The position numbers were made by a program, and so were the translations under genes. Of a stretch of 64,000 bases of DNA, positions 34,101 through 47,500 are shown piece after piece. How positions within the stretch are numbered: the stretch's first letter is position 1; each line of letters starts with the position of its first letter. Origin of the DNA: Eledone cirrhosa (Eukaryota); the NCBI GenBank assembly GCA_964016885.1, contig OZ024743.1, forward strand, positions 133,920,001 through 133,984,000. Reading direction: 5' to 3'. The notes under the pieces were generated by a model. That model was given only the letters and a program-made list of their open reading frames with translations. It was not told the origin of the DNA and did not search any database.

Positions 34101-37100
34101 TGGTGCTTTGTGTTTGGTGCTTGGTGATTAGTGTTTGGTGCTTGGTACTTGGTGTTTGGTGCTTGGTGTTTGGTGTTTGCTGTTTGGTGTTTGGTGTTTG
34201 GTGTTTGCTGTTTGGTGTCTGCTTTTTGGTGTTTGGTGTTTGCTGTATGGTGTTTGCTGTTTCGTGTTTGGTGTTTGCTGTTTGGTGTTTGGTGTTTGCT
34301 GTTTGGTGTTTGGTCTTTGGTGCTTGGTGTTTGGTGCTTGGTGCTTGGTGTTTGGTGTTTGGTGCTTGGTGCTTGGTGCTTGGTGTTTGGTGTTTGGTGT
34401 CTGGTGCTTGGTGTCTGGTGCTTGGTGTTTGGTGTTTGGTGTTTGGTGCTTGGTGTTTGGTGTTTGGTGTTTGGTGTTTGGTGCTTGTTGCTTGGTGCTT
34501 GGTGCTTGGTGTTTGGTGCTTGGTGCTTGGTGTTTGGTGCTGGGTGCTTGGTGTTTGGTGCTTGGTGCTTGGTGCTTGGTGTTTGGTGTTTGGTGCTTGG
34601 TGCTTGGTGTTTGGTGTTTGGTGTTATATGCTTGGTGTTTGATGCTTGGTGCTTGGTGCTTGGTGTTTGGTGTTTGGTGATTGGTGTTTTATGCTTGGTG
34701 TTTGATGTTTGGTGCTTGGTGCTTGGTGTTTGGTGCTTGGTACTTGGTGTTTGTACTTGGTGCTTGGTGCTTGGTTCTTGGTTTTTGGTGCTTGGTGCTT
34801 GGTGCTTGGTGCTTGGTGTTTGGTGCTTGGGGTTTGGTGCTTGGTGTTCGGTGCTTGCTGCCTGGTGCTTGGTGCTTGGTGCTTGGTGTTTGGTGCTTGG
34901 TGTTTGGTGCTTGGTATTAGGTGTTTGGTGCTTGGTGCTTGGTGCTTGGTGTTTGGTGCTTGGTGTTTGGTGCTTGGTGTTTGGTGTTTGGTGCTTGGTG
35001 TTTGGTGCTTGGTACTTGGTGCTTGGTGCTTGGTGTTAGGTGTTTGGTGCTTGGTGCTTGGTGTTTGGTTTTTGGTGCTTGGTGCTTGGTGTTTGGTGTT
35101 TGGTGCTTGCTGCTGGCTGCTTGGTGTTTGGTGCTTGGTGATTGGTGCTTGGTGTTTGGTGCTTGGTGTTTGGTGTTTGGTACTAGGTGCTTGGTGCTTG
35201 GTGTTTGCTGCTTGGTGCTTGGTGTTTGGTGTTTGGTGCTTGGTGCTTGGTGTTTGGTGCTTGGTGCTGGGTTCTGGGTGGTTGGTGTTTGGTGCTTGGT
35301 GTTTGGTGCTGCGTGCTTGGTGTTTGGTGCTTGGTGCTTGGTCTTTGGTGTTTGGTGTTTGGTGTTTGGGGCTTGGTGCTTGGTGCTTAGTGTTTGGTGC
35401 TAGGTGCTTGGGGTTTGGTGTTTGGTGCTTGGTGCTTGGTGTTTGGTGCTTGGTGCTTGGTGTTTGGTGTTTGGTGCTTGGTGCTTGGTGTTTGGTGTTT
35501 GGTGTTTGGTGCTTGGTGCTTGGTGTTTGGTGCTTGATGCTTGGTGTTTGGTGTTTGGTGCTTGGTGCTTGGTGCTTGGTGTTTGGTGTTTGGTGCTTGG
35601 TGCTTGGTGTTTGGTGCTTGGTGCTGGGTGGTTGGTGTTTGGTGCTTGGTGCTTGGTGTTTCGTGCTAGGTGCATGGTGCTTGGTGTTTGGTGCTTGGTG
35701 CTTGGTGCTTCGTGTTTGGTGTTTGGTGCTTGGTGTCTGGCGCTTGGTGTTTGGTGTTTGGTGCTTGGTGTTTGGTGTTTGGTGCTTGGTGCTTGGTGTT
35801 TGGTGCTTGGTGCTTGGTGTTTGTACTTGGTGCTTGGTGCTTGGTGTTTGGTGCTTGGTTCTTGGTGTTTGGTGCTTGGTGTTTGGAGCTTGGTGCTTGG
35901 TGTTTGGTGCTTGGTGCTTGGTGCTTGGTGCTTGGTGTTTGTACTTGGTGCTTGGTGCTTGGTGTTTGGTGCTTGGTTCTTGGTGTTTGGTGCTTGGTGT
36001 TTGGAGCTTGGTGCTTGGTGTTTGGTGCTTGGTGCTTGGTGTTTGGTGTTTGGTGCTTGGTGCTTGGTGTTTGGTGTTTGGTGCTTGGTGTTTGGTGTTT
36101 GGTGCTTGGTGCTTGGTGTTTGTTGCTTGGTACTTGGTGCATGGTGTTTGGTGCTGGGTGCTTGGTGTTTTGTGCTTGGTTCTTGGTGTTTGGTGTTTGG
36201 TGCTTGGTACTTGGTGTCTGGAGCTTGGTGTTTGGTGTTTGGTGCTTGGTGTTTGGTGCTTGGTGCTTGGTGTTTGGTGTTTGGTGTTTGATGCTTGGTG
36301 TTTTATGCTTGGTGCTTGGTGTTTGGTGCTTGGTGTTTGTATTTGGTGCTTGGTGCTTGGTGTTTTGTGCTTGGTTCTTGGTGTTTGGTGTTTGGTGCTT
36401 GGTACTTGGTGCTTGGTGTTAGGTGTTTGGTGCTTGGTGCTTGGTGTTTGGTGTTTGGTCCTTGGTGCTTGGTCCTTGGTGTTTAGTGCTTGGTGCTTGG
36501 TGTTTGTTGTTTGGTGCTTTCTGTTTGCTGCTTGGTGTTTGCTGCTTGGTGCTTGGTGCTTGGTGTTTGGTGTTTGGTGCTAGGTGCTTGGTGTTTGGTG
36601 TTTGGTGTTTGGTGTTTGATGCTTGGTGTTTGGTGCTTGGTGTTTGGTGCTTGGTGCCTGGGGCTTGGTGTTTGGTGCTTGGTGCTTGGTGCTTGGTGTT
36701 TGGTGCTTGGTGCTTGGTGTTTGGTGTTTGGTGTTTGGTGCTTGGTGCTTGGTGTTTGGTGCTTGGTGCTTGGTGCTGGGTGGTTGGTATTTGGTGCTTG
36801 GTGCTTGGTGTTTGGTGCTTGGTGCTTGGTGCTTGGTGTTTGGTGCTTGGTGCTTGGTGCTTGGTCTTTGGTGCTTGGTGTTTGGTGTTTGGTGCTTGGT
36901 GCTTTGTGTTTGGTGCTTGGTGATTAGTGTTTGGTGCTTGGTACTTGGTGTTTGGTGCTTGGTGTTTGGTGTTTGCTGTTTGGTGTTTGGTGTTTGGTGT
37001 TTGCTGTTTGGTGTCTGCTTTTTGGTGTTTGGTGTTTGTTGTATGGTGTTTGCTGTTTCGTGTTTGGTGTTTGCTGTTTGGTGTTTGGTGTTTGCTGTTT

Positions 37101-40100
37101 GCTGTTTGGTCTTTGGTGCTTGGTGTTTGGTGCTTGGTGCTTGGTGTTTGGTGTTTGGTGCTTGGTGCTTGGTGCTTGGTGTTTGGTGTTTGGTGTCTGG
37201 TGCTTGGTGTCTGGTGCTTGGTGTTTGGTGTTTGGTGTTTGGTGCTTGGTGTTTGGTGTTTGGTGTTTGGTGTTTGGTGCTTGTTGCTTGGTGCTTGGTG
37301 CTTGGTGTTTGGTGCTTGGTGCTTGGTATTTGGTGCTTGGTGCTTGGTGTTTGGTGCTTGGTGCTTGGTGCTTGGTGTTTGGTGCTTGGTGCTTGGTGCT
37401 TGGTCTTTGGTGCTTGGTGTTTGGTGTTTGGTGCTTGGTGCTTTGTGTTTGGTGCTTGGTGATTAGTGTTTGGTGCTTGGTACTTGGTGTTTGGTGCTTG
37501 GTGTTTGGTGTTTGCTGTTTGGTGTTTGGTGTTTGGTGTTTGCTGTTTGGTGTCTGCTTTTTGGTGTTTGGTGTTTGCTGTATGGTGTTTGCTGTTTCGT
37601 GTTTGGTGTTTGCTGTTTGGTGTTTGGTGTTTGCTGTTTGGTGTTTGGTCTTTGGTGCTTGGTGTTTGGTGCTTGGTGCTTGGTGTTTGGTGTTTGGTGC
37701 TTGGTGCTTGGTGCTTGGTGTTTGGTGTTTGGTGTCTGGTGCTTGGTGTCTGGTGCTTGGTGTTTGGTGTTTGGTGTTTGGTGCTTGGTGTTTGGTGTTT
37801 GGTGTTTGGTGTTTGGTGCTTGTTGCTTGGTGCTTGGTGCTTGGTGTTTGGTGCTTGGTGCTTGGTGTTTGGTGCTTGGTGTTTGGTGTTTGGTGCTTGG
37901 TGTTTGGAGCTTGGTGCTTGGTGTTTGGTGCTTGGTGCTTGGTGTTTGGTGCTTGGTTCTTGGTGTTTGGTGCTTGGTGTTTGGAGCTTGGTGCTTGGTG
38001 TTTGGTGCTTGGTGCTTGGTGTTTGTACTTGGTGCTTGGTGCTTGGTGTTTGGTGCTTGGTTCTTGGTGTTTGGTGCTTGGTGTTTGGAGCTTGGTGCTT
38101 GGTGTTTGGTGCTTGGTGCTTGGTGTTTGGTGTTTGGTGCTTGGTGCTTGGTGTTTGGTGTTTGGTGCTTGGTGTTCGGTGTTTGGTGCTTGGTGCTTGG
38201 TGTTTGTTGCTTGGTACTTGGTGCATGGTGTTTGGTGCTGGGTGCTTGGTGTTTTGTGCTTGGTTCTTGGTGTTTGGTGTTTGGTGCTTGGTACTTGGTG
38301 TCTGGAGCTTGGTGTTTGGTGTTTGGTGCTTGGTGTTTGGTGCTTGGTGCTTGGTGTTTGGTGTTTGGTGTTTGATGCTTGGTGTTTTATGCTTGGTGCT
38401 TGGTGTTTGGTGCTTGGTGTTTGTATTTGGAGCTTGGTGCTTGGTGTTTTGTGCTTGGTTCTTGGTGTTTGGTGTTTGGTGCTTGGTACTTGGTGCTTGG
38501 TGTTAGGTGTTTGGTGCTTGGTGCTTGGTGTTTGGTGTTTGGTCCTTGGTGCTTGGTGCTTGGTGTTTAGTGCTTGGTGCTTGGTGTTTGTTGTTTGGTG
38601 CTTTCTGTTTGCTGCTTGGTGTTTGCTGCTTGGTGCTTGGTGCTTGGTGTTTGGTGTTTGGTGCTAGGTGCTTGGTGTTTGGTGTTTGGTGTTTGATGCT
38701 TGGTGTTTGGTGCTTGGTGTTTGGTGCTTGGTGCTTGGGGCTTGGTGTTTGGTGCTTGGTGCTTGGTGCTTGGTTTTTGGTGCTTGGTGCTTGGTGTTTG
38801 GTGTTTGGTGTTTGGTGCTTGGTGCTTGGTGTTTGGTGCTTGGTGCTTGGTGCTGGGTGGTTGGTATTTGGTGCTTGGTGCTTGGTGTTTGGTGCTTGGG
38901 GCTTGGTGCTTGGTGTTTGGTGCTTGGTGCTTGGTGCTTGTCTTTGGTGCTTGGTGTTTGGTGTTTGGTGCTTGGTGCTTTGTGTTTGGTGCTTGGTGAT
39001 TAGTGTTTGGTGCTTGGTACTTGGTGTTTGGTGCTTGGTGTTTGGTGTTTGCTGTTTGGTGTTTGCTGTTTGCTGTTTGCTGTTTGGTGTCTGCTTTTTG
39101 GTGTTTGGTGTTTGCTGTATGGTGTTTGCTGTTTCGTTATTGGTGTTTGCTGTTTGGTGTTTGGTGTTTGCTGTTTGGTGTTTGGTCTTTGGTGCTTCGT
39201 GTTTGGTGCTTGGTGCTTGGTGTTTGGTGTTTGGTGCTTGGTGCTTGGTGCTTGGTGTTTGGTGCTTGGTGCTTGGTGTTTGGTGTTTGGTGTTTGGTGC
39301 TTGGTGCTTGGTGTTTGGTGCTTGGTGCTGGGTGGTTGGTGTTTGGTGCTTGGTGCTTGGTGTTTCGTGCTAGGTGCATGGTGCTTGGTGTTTGGTGCTT
39401 GGTGCTTGGTGCTTGGTCTTTGGTGTTTGGTGTTTAGTGCTTGGTGCTTGGTGCTTGGTGCTTGGTGCTTGGTCCTTGGTGTTTGGTGCTTGGTGCTTGG
39501 TGTTTGGTGTTTGGTGCTTGGTGCTTGGTGCTTCGTGTTTGGTGTTTGGTGCTTGGTGTCTGGAGCTTGGTGTTTGGTGTTTGGTGCTTGGTGTTTGGTG
39601 TTTGGTGCTTGGTGCTTGGTGTTTGGTGCTTGGTGCTTGGTGTTTGTACTTGGTGCTTGGTGCTTGGTGTTTGGTGCTTGGTTCTTGGTGTTTGGTGCTT
39701 GGTGTTTGGAGCTTGGTGCTTGGTGTTTGGTGCTTGGTGCTTGGTGTTTGTACTTGGTGCTTGGTGCTTGGTGTTTGGTGCTTGGTTCTTGGTGTTTGGT
39801 GCTTGGTGTTTGGAGCTTGGTGCTTGGTGTTTGGTGCTTGGTGCTTGGTGTTTGGTGTTTGGTGCTTGGTGCTTGGTGTTTGGTGTTTGGTGCTTGGTGT
39901 TTGGTGTTTGGTGCTTGGTGCTTGGTGTTTGTTGCTTGGTACTTGGTGCATGGTGTTTGGTGCTGGGTGCTTGGTGTTTTGTGCTTGGTTCTTGGTGTTT
40001 GGTGTTTGGTGCTTGGTACTTGGTGTCTGGAGCTTGGTGTTTGGTGTTTGGTGCTTGGTGTTTGGTGCTTGGTGCTTGGTGTTTGGTGTTTGGTGTTTGA

Positions 40101-43100
40101 TGCTTGGTGTTTTATGCTTGGTGCTTGGTGTTTGGTGCTTGGTGTTTGTATTTGGTGCTTGGTGCTTGGTGTTTTGTGCTTGGTTCTTGGTGTTTGGTGT
40201 TTGGTGCTTGGTACTTGGTGCTTGGTGTTAGGTGTTTGGTGCTTGGTGCTTGGTGTTTGGTGTTTGGTCCTTGGTGCTTGGTCCTTGGTGTTTAGTGCTT
40301 GGTGCTTGGTGTTTGTTGTTTGGTGCTTTCTGTTTGCTGCTTGGTGTTTGCTGCTTGGTGCTTGGTGCTTGGTGTTTGGTGTTTGGTGCTAGGTGCTTGG
40401 TGTTTGGTGTTTGGTGTTTGATGCTTGGTGTTTGGTGCTTGGTGTTTGGTGCTTGGTGCCTGGGGCTTGGTGTTTGGTGCTTGGTGCTTGGTGCTTGGTG
40501 TTTGGTGCTTGGTGCTTGGTGTTTGGTGTTTGGTGTTTGGTGCTTGGTGCTTGGTGTTTGGTGCTTGGTGCTTGGTGCTGGGTGGTTGGTATTTGGTGCT
40601 TGGTGCTTGGTGTTTGGTGCTTGGTGCTTGGTGCTTGGTGTTTGGTGCTTGGTGCTTGGTGCTTGGTCTTTGGTGCTTGGTGTTTGGTGTTTGGTGCTTG
40701 GTGCTTTGTGTTTGGTGCTTGGTGATTAGTGTTTGGTGCTTGGTACTTGGTGTTTGGTGCTTGGTGTTTGGTGTTTGCTGTTTGGTGTTTGGTGTTTGGT
40801 GTTTGCTGTTTGGTGTCTGCTTTTTGGTGTTTGGTGTTTGCTGTATGGTGTTTGCTGTTTCGTGTTTGGTGTTTGCTGTTTGGTGTTTGGTGTTTGCTGT
40901 TTGGTGTTTGGTCTTTGGTGCTTGGTGTTTGGTGCTTGGTGCCTGGTGTTTGGTGTTTGGTGCTTGGTGCTTGGTGCTTGGTGTTTGGTGTTTGGTGTCT
41001 GGTGCTTGGTGTCTGGTGCTTGGTGTTTGGTGTTTGGTGTTTGGTGCTTGGTGTTTGGTGTTTGGTGTTTGGTGTTTGGTGCTTGTTGCTTGGTGCTTGG
41101 TGCTTGGTGTTTGGTGCTTGGTGCTTGGTGTTTGGTGCTGGGTGCTTGGTGTTTGGTGCTTGGTGCTTGGTGCTTGGTGTTTGGTGTTTGGTGCTTGGTG
41201 CTTGGTGTTTGGTGTTTGGTGTTATATGCTTGGTGTTTGATGCTTGGTGCTTGGTGCTTGGTGTTTGGTGTTTGGTGATTGTTGTTTTATGCTTGGTGTT
41301 TGATGTTTGGTGCTTGGTGCTTGGTGTTTGGTGCTTGGTACTTGGTGTTTGTACTTGGTGCTTGGTGCTTGGTTCTTGGTGTTTGGTGCTTGGTGCTTGG
41401 TGCTTGGTGCTTGGTGTTTGGTGCTTGGGGTTTGGTGCTTGGTGTTCGGTGCTTGCTGCCTGGTGCTTGGTGCTTGGTGCTTGGTGTTTGGTGCTTGGTG
41501 TTTGGTGCTTGGTATTAGGTGTTTGGTGCTTGGTGCTTGGTGCTTGGTGTTTGGTGCTTGGTGTTTGGTGCTTGGCGTTTGGTGTTTGGTGCTTGGTGTT
41601 TGGTGCTTGGTACTTGGTGCTTGGTGCTTGGTGTTAGGTGTTTGGTGCTTGGTGCTTGGTGTTTGGTTTTTGGTGCTTGGTGCTTTGTGTTTGGTGTTTG
41701 GTGCTTGCTGCTGGCTGCTTGGTGTTTGGTGCTTGGTGATTGGTGCTTGGTGTTTGGTGCTTGGTGTTTGGTGTTTGGTACTAGGTGCTTGGTGCTTGGT
41801 GTTTGGTGCTTGGTGCTTGGTGTTTGGTGTTTGGTGCTTGGTGCTTGGTGTTTGGTGCTTGGTGTGGGTTCTGGGTGGTTGGTGTTTGGTGCTTGGTGTT
41901 TGGTGCTGGGTGCTTGGTGTTTGGTGCTTGGTGCTTGGTCTTTGGTGTTTGGTGTTTGGTGTTTGGGGCTTGGTGCTTGGTGCTTAGTGTTTGGTGCTAG
42001 GTGCTTGGGGTTTGGTGTTTGGTGCTTGGTGCTTGGTGTTTGGTGCTTGGTGCTTGGTGTTTGGTGTTTGGTGCTTGGTGCTTGGTGTTTGGTGTTTGGT
42101 GTTTGGTGCTTGGTGCTTGGTGTTTGGTGCTTGATGCTTGGTGTTTGGTGTTTGGTGCTTGGTGCTTGGTGCTTGGTGTTTGGTGTTTGGTGCTTGGTGC
42201 TTGGTGTTTGGTGCTTGGTGCTGGGTGGTTGGTGTTTGGTGCTTGGTGCTTGGTGTTTCGTGCTAGGTGCATGGTGCTTGGTGTTTGTTGCTTGGTGCTT
42301 GGTGCTTCGTGTTTGGTGTTTGGTGCTTGGTGTCTGGAGCTTGGTGTTTGGTGTTTGGTGCTTGGTGTTTGGTGTTTGGTGCTTGGTGCTTGGTGTTTGG
42401 TGCTTGGTGCTTGGTGTTTGTACTTGGTGCTTGGTGCTTGGTGTTTGGTGCTTGGTTCTTGGTGTTTGGTGCTTGGTGTTTGGAGCTTGGTGCTTGGTGT
42501 TTGGTGCTTGGTGCTTGGTGTTTGTACTTGGTGCTTGGTGCTTGGTGTTTGGTGCTTGGTTCTTGGTGTTTGGTGCTTGGTGTTTGGAGCTTGGTGCTTG
42601 GTGTTTGGTGCTTGGTGCTTGGTGTTTGGTGTTTGGTGCTTGGTGCTTGGTGTTTGGTGTTTGGTGCTTGGTGTTTGGTGTTTGGTGCTTGGTGCTTGGT
42701 GTTTGTTGCTTGGGACTTGGTGCATGGTGTTTGGTGCTGGGTGCTTGGTGTTTTGTGCTTGGTTCTTGGTGTTTGGTGTTTGGTGCTTGGTACTTGGTGT
42801 CTGGAGCTTGGTGTTTGGTGTTTGGTGCTTGGTGTTTGGTGCTTGGTGCTTGGTGTTTGGTGTTTGGTGTTTGATGCTTGGTGTTTTATGCTTGGTGCTT
42901 GGTGTTTGGTGCTTGGTGTTTGTATTTGGTGCTTGGTGCTTGGTGTTTTGTGCTTGGTTCTTGGTGTTTGGTGTTTGGTGCTTGGTACTTGGTGCTTGGT
43001 GTTAGGTGTTTGGTGCTTGGTGCTTGGTGTTTGGTGTTTGGTCCTTGGTGTTTGGTCCTTGGTGTTTAGTGCTTGGTGCTTGGTGTTTGTTGTTTGGTGC

Positions 43101-44500
43101 TTTCTGTTTGCTGCTTGGTGTTTGCTGCTTGGTGCTTGGTGCTTGGTGTTTGGTGTTTGGTGCTAGGTGCTTGGTGTTTGGTGTTTGGTGTTTGATGCTT
43201 GGTGTTTGGTGCTTGGTGTTTGGTGCTTGGTGCCTGGGGCTTGGTGTTTGGTGCTTGGTGCTTGGTGCTTGGTGTTTGGTACTTGGTGCTTGGTGTTTGG
43301 TGTTTGGTGTTTGGTGCTTGGTGCTTGGTGTTTGGTGCTTGGTGCTTGGTGCTGGGTGGTTGGTATTTGGTGCTTGGTGCTTGGTGTTTGGTGCTTGGTG
43401 CTTGGTGCTTGGTGTTTGGTGCTTGGTGCTTGGTGCTTGGTCTTTGGTGCTTGGTGTTTGGTGTTTGGTGCTTGGTGCTTTGTGTTTGGTGCTTGGTGAT
43501 TAGTGTTTGGTGCTTGGTACTTGGTGTTTGGTGCTTGGTGTTTGGTGTTTGGTGTTTGGTGTTTGGTGTTTGGTGTTTGCTGTTTGGTGTCTGCTTTTTG
43601 GTGTTTGGTGTTTGTTGTATGGTGTTTGCTGTTTCGTGTTTGGTGTTTGCTGTTTGGTGTTTGGTGTTTGCTGTTTGGTGTTTGGTCTTTGGTGCTTGGT
43701 GTTTGGTGCTTGGTGCTTGGTGTTTGGTGTTTGGTGCTTGGTGCTTGGTGCTTGGTGTTTGGTGTTTGGTGTCTGGTGCTTGGTGTCTGGTGCTTGGTGT
43801 TTGGTGTTTGGTGTTTGGTGCTTGGTGTTTGGTGTTTGGTGTTTGGTGTTTGGTGCTTGTTGCTTGGTGCTTGGTGCTTGGTGTTTGGTGCTTGGTGCTT
43901 GGTATTTGGTGCTTGGTGCTTGGTGTTTGGTGCTTGGTGCTTGGTGCTTGGTGTTTGGTGCTTGGTGCTTGGTGCTTGGTCTTTGGTGCTTGGTGTTTGG
44001 TGTTTGGTGCTTGGTGCTTTGTGTTTGGTGCTTGGTGATTAGTGTTTGGTGCTTGGTACTTGGTGTTTGGTGCTTGGTGTTTGGTGTTTGCTGTTTGGTG
44101 TTTGGTGTTTGGTGTTTGCTGTTTGGTGTCTGCTTTTTGGTGTTTGGTGTTTGCTGTATGGTGTTTGCTGTTTCGTGTTTGGTGTTTGCTGTTTGGTGTT
44201 TGGTGTTTGCTGTTTGGTGTTTGGTCTTTGGTGCTTGGTGTTTGGTGCTTGGTGCTTGGTGTTTGGTGTTTGGTGCTTGGTGCTTGGTGCTTGGTGTTTG
44301 GTGTTTGGTGTCTGGTGCTTGGTGTCTGGTGCTTGGTGTTTGGTGTTTGGTGTTTGGTGCTTGGTGTTTGGTGTTTGGTGTTTGGTGTTTGGTGCTTGTT
44401 GCTTGGTGCTTGGTGCTTGGTGTTTGGTGCTTGGTGCTTGGTGTTTGGTGCTTGGTGTTTGGTGTTTGGTGCTTGGTGCTTGGTGTTTGGTGTTTGGTGT
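28100..44500 (+). repeat. Middle-domain higher-order repeat of about 5.8-6.6 kb, 2-3 imperfect copies
   Basis: Offsets 5843 (28288/34131, 28838/34681, 29557/35400), 6487 (30979/37466, 32020/38507, 32516/39003), 6598 (34131/40729) and 6576 (36927/43503, 37466/44042). The private mark GGTACTTGGTGTTTGTAC occurs at ~28896, 34739 and 41337. Confidence 0.82.
36790..37870 (+). repeat. 539-bp (77-unit) tandem duplication, itself re-copied at ~43,360-44,450
   Basis: TGATTAG landmarks at 36927/37466 and 43503/44042 are both exactly 539 = 77x7 apart. The first copy of each pair carries the private variant TTGTTGTATGG (~37036, ~43612). Confidence 0.9.
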
Positions 44501-47500
44501 TATATGCTTGGTGTTTGATGCTTGGTGCTTGGTGCTTGGTGTTTGGTGTTTGGTGATTGGTGTTTTATGCTTGGTGTTTGATGTTTGGTGCTTGGTGCTT
44601 GGTGTTTGGTGCTTGGTGCTTGGTGTTTGTACTTGGTGCTTGGTGCTTGGTTCTTGGTGTTTGGTGCTTGGTGCTTGGTGCTTGGTGCTTGGTGTTTGGT
44701 GCTTGGGGTTTGGTGCTTGGTGTTCGGTGCTTGCTGCCTGGTGCTTGGTGCTTGGTGCTTGGTGTTTGGTGCTTGGTGTTTGGTGCTTGGTATTAGGTGT
44801 TTGGTGCTTGGTGCTTGGTGCTTGGTGTTTGGTGCTTGGTGTTTGGTGCTTGGTGTTTGGTGTTTGGTGCTTGGTGTTTGGTGCTTGGTACTTGGTGCTT
44901 GGTGCTTGGTGTTAGGTGTTTGGTGCTTGGTGCTTGGTGTTTGGTTTTTGGTGCTTGGTGCTTGGTGTTTGGTGTTTGGTGCTTGCTGCTGGCTGCTTGG
45001 TGTTTGGTGCTTGGTGATTGGTGCTTGGTGTTTGGTGCTTGGTGTTTGGTGTTTGGTACTAGGTGCTTGGTGCTTGGTGTTTGGTGCTTGGTGCTTGGTG
45101 TTTGGTGTTTGGTGCTTGGTGCTTGGTGTTTGGTGCTTGGTGCTGGGTTCTGGGTGGTTGGTGTTTGGTGCTTGGTGTTTGGTGCTGGGTGCTTGGTGTT
45201 TGGTGCTTGGTGCTTGGTCTTTGGTGTTTGGTGTTTGGTGTTTGGGGCTTGGTGCTTGGTGCTTAGTGTTTGGTGCTAGGTGCTTGGGGTTTGGTGTTTG
45301 GTGCTTGGTGCTTGGTGTTTGGTGCTTGGTGCTTGGTGTTTGGTGTTTGGTGCTTGGTGCTTGGTGTTTGGTGTTTGGTGTTTGGTGCTTGGTGCTTGGT
45401 GTTTGGTGCTTGATGCTTGGTGTTTGGTGTTTGGTGCTTGGTGCTTGGTGCTTGGTGTTTGGTGTTTGGTGCTTGGTGCTTGGTGTTTGGTGCTTGGTGC
45501 TGGGTGGTTGGTGTTTGGTGCTTGGTGCTTGGTGTTTCGTGCTAGGTGCATGGTGCTTGGTGTTTGGTGCTTGGTGCTTGGTGCTTCGTGTTTGGTGTTT
45601 GGTGCTTGGTGTCTGGAGCTTGGTGTTTGGTGTTTGGTGCTTGGTGTTTGGTGTTTGGTGCTTGGTGCTTGGTGTTTGGTGCTTGGTGCTTGGTGTTTGT
45701 ACTTGGTGCTTGGTGCTTGGTGTTTGGTGCTTGGTTCTTGGTGTTTGGTGCTTGGTGTTTGGAGCTTGGTGCTTGGTGTTTGGTGCTTGGTGCTTGGTGT
45801 TTGTACTTGGTGCTTGGTGCTTGGTGTTTGGTGCTTGGTTCTTGGTGTTTGGTGCTTGGTGTTTGGAGCTTGGTGCTTGGTGTTTGGTGCTTGGTGCTTG
45901 GTGTTTGGTGTTTGGTGCTTGGTGCTTGGTGTTTGGTGTTTGGTGCTTGGTGTTTGGTGTTTGGTGCTTGGTGCTTGGTGTTTGTTGCTTGGTACTTGGT
46001 GCATGGTGTTTGGTGCTGGGTGCTTGGTGTTTTGTGCTTGGTTCTTGGTGTTTGGTGTTTGGTGCTTGGTACTTGGTGTCTGGAGCTTGGTGTTTGGTGT
46101 TTGGTGCTTGGTGTTTGGTGCTTGGTGCTTGGTGTTTGGTGTTTGGTGTTTGATGCTTGGTGTTTTATGCTTGGTGCTTGGTGTTTGGTGTTTGGTGTTT
46201 GTATTTGGTGCTTGGTGCTTGGTGTTTTGTGCTTGGTTCTTGGTGTTTGGTGTTTGGTGCTTGGTACTTGGTGCTTGGTGTTAGGTGTTTGGTGCTTGGT
46301 GCTTGGTGTTTGGTGTTTGGTCCTTGGTGCTTGGTCCTTGGTGTTTAGTGCTTGGTGCTTGGTGTTTGTTGTTTGGTGCTTTCTGTTTGCTGCTTGGTGT
46401 TTGCTGCTTGGTGCTTGGTGCTTGGTGTTTGGTGTTTGGTGCTAGGTGCTTGGTGTTTGGTGTTTGGTGTTTGATGCTTGGTGTTTGGTGCTTGGTGTTT
46501 GGTGCTTGGTGCCTGGGGCTTGGTGTTTGGTGCTTGGTGCTTGGTGCTTGGTGTTTGGTGCTTGGTGCTTGGTGTTTGGTGTTTGGTGTTTGGTGCTTGG
46601 TGCTTGGTGTTTGGTGCTTGGTGCTTGGTGCTGGGTGGTTGGTATTTGGTGCTTGGTGCTTGGTGTTTGGTGTTTGGTGCTTGCTGCTGGCTGCTTGGTG
46701 TTTGGTGCTTGGTGATTGGTGCTTGCTGTTTGGTGCTTGGTGTTTGGTGTTTGGTACTAGGTGCTTGGTGCTTGGTGTTTGGTGCTTGGTGCTTGGTGTT
46801 TGGTGTTTGGTGCTTGGTGCTTGGTGTTTGGTGCTTGGTGCTGGGTTCTGGGTGGTTGGTGTTTGGTGCTTGGTGTTTGGAGCTGCGTGCTTGGTGTTTG
46901 GTGCTTGGTGCTTGGTCTTTGGTGTTTGGTGTTTGGTGTTTGGGGCTTGGTGCTTGGTGCTTAGTGTTTGGTGCTAGGTGCTTGGGGTTTGGTGTTTGGT
47001 GCTTGGTGCTTGGTGTTTGGTGCTTGGTGCTTGGTGTTTGGTGTTTGGTGCTTGGTGCTTGGTGTTTGGTGTTTGGTGTTTGGTGCTTGGTGCTTGGTGT
47101 TTGGTGCTTGATGCTTGGTGTTTGGTGTTTGGTGCTTGGTGCTTGGTGCTTGGTGTTTGGTGTTTGGTGCTTGGTGCTTGGTGTTTGGTGCTTGGTGCTG
47201 GGTGGTTGGTGTTTGGTGCTTGGTGCTTGGTGTTTCGTGCTAGGTGCATGGTGCTTGGTGTTTGGTGCTTGGTGCTTGGTGCTTCGTGTTTGGTGTTTGG
47301 TGCTTGGTGTCTGGAGCTTGGTGTTTGGTGTTTGGTGCTTGGTGTTTGGTGTTTGGTGCTTGGTGCTTGGTGTTTGGTGCTTGGTGCTTGGTGTTTGTAC
47401 TTGGTGCTTGGTGCTTGGTGTTTGGTGCTTGGTTCTTGGTGTTTGGTGCTTGGTGTTTGGAGCTTGGTGCTTGGTGTTTGGTGCTTGGTGCTTGGTGTTT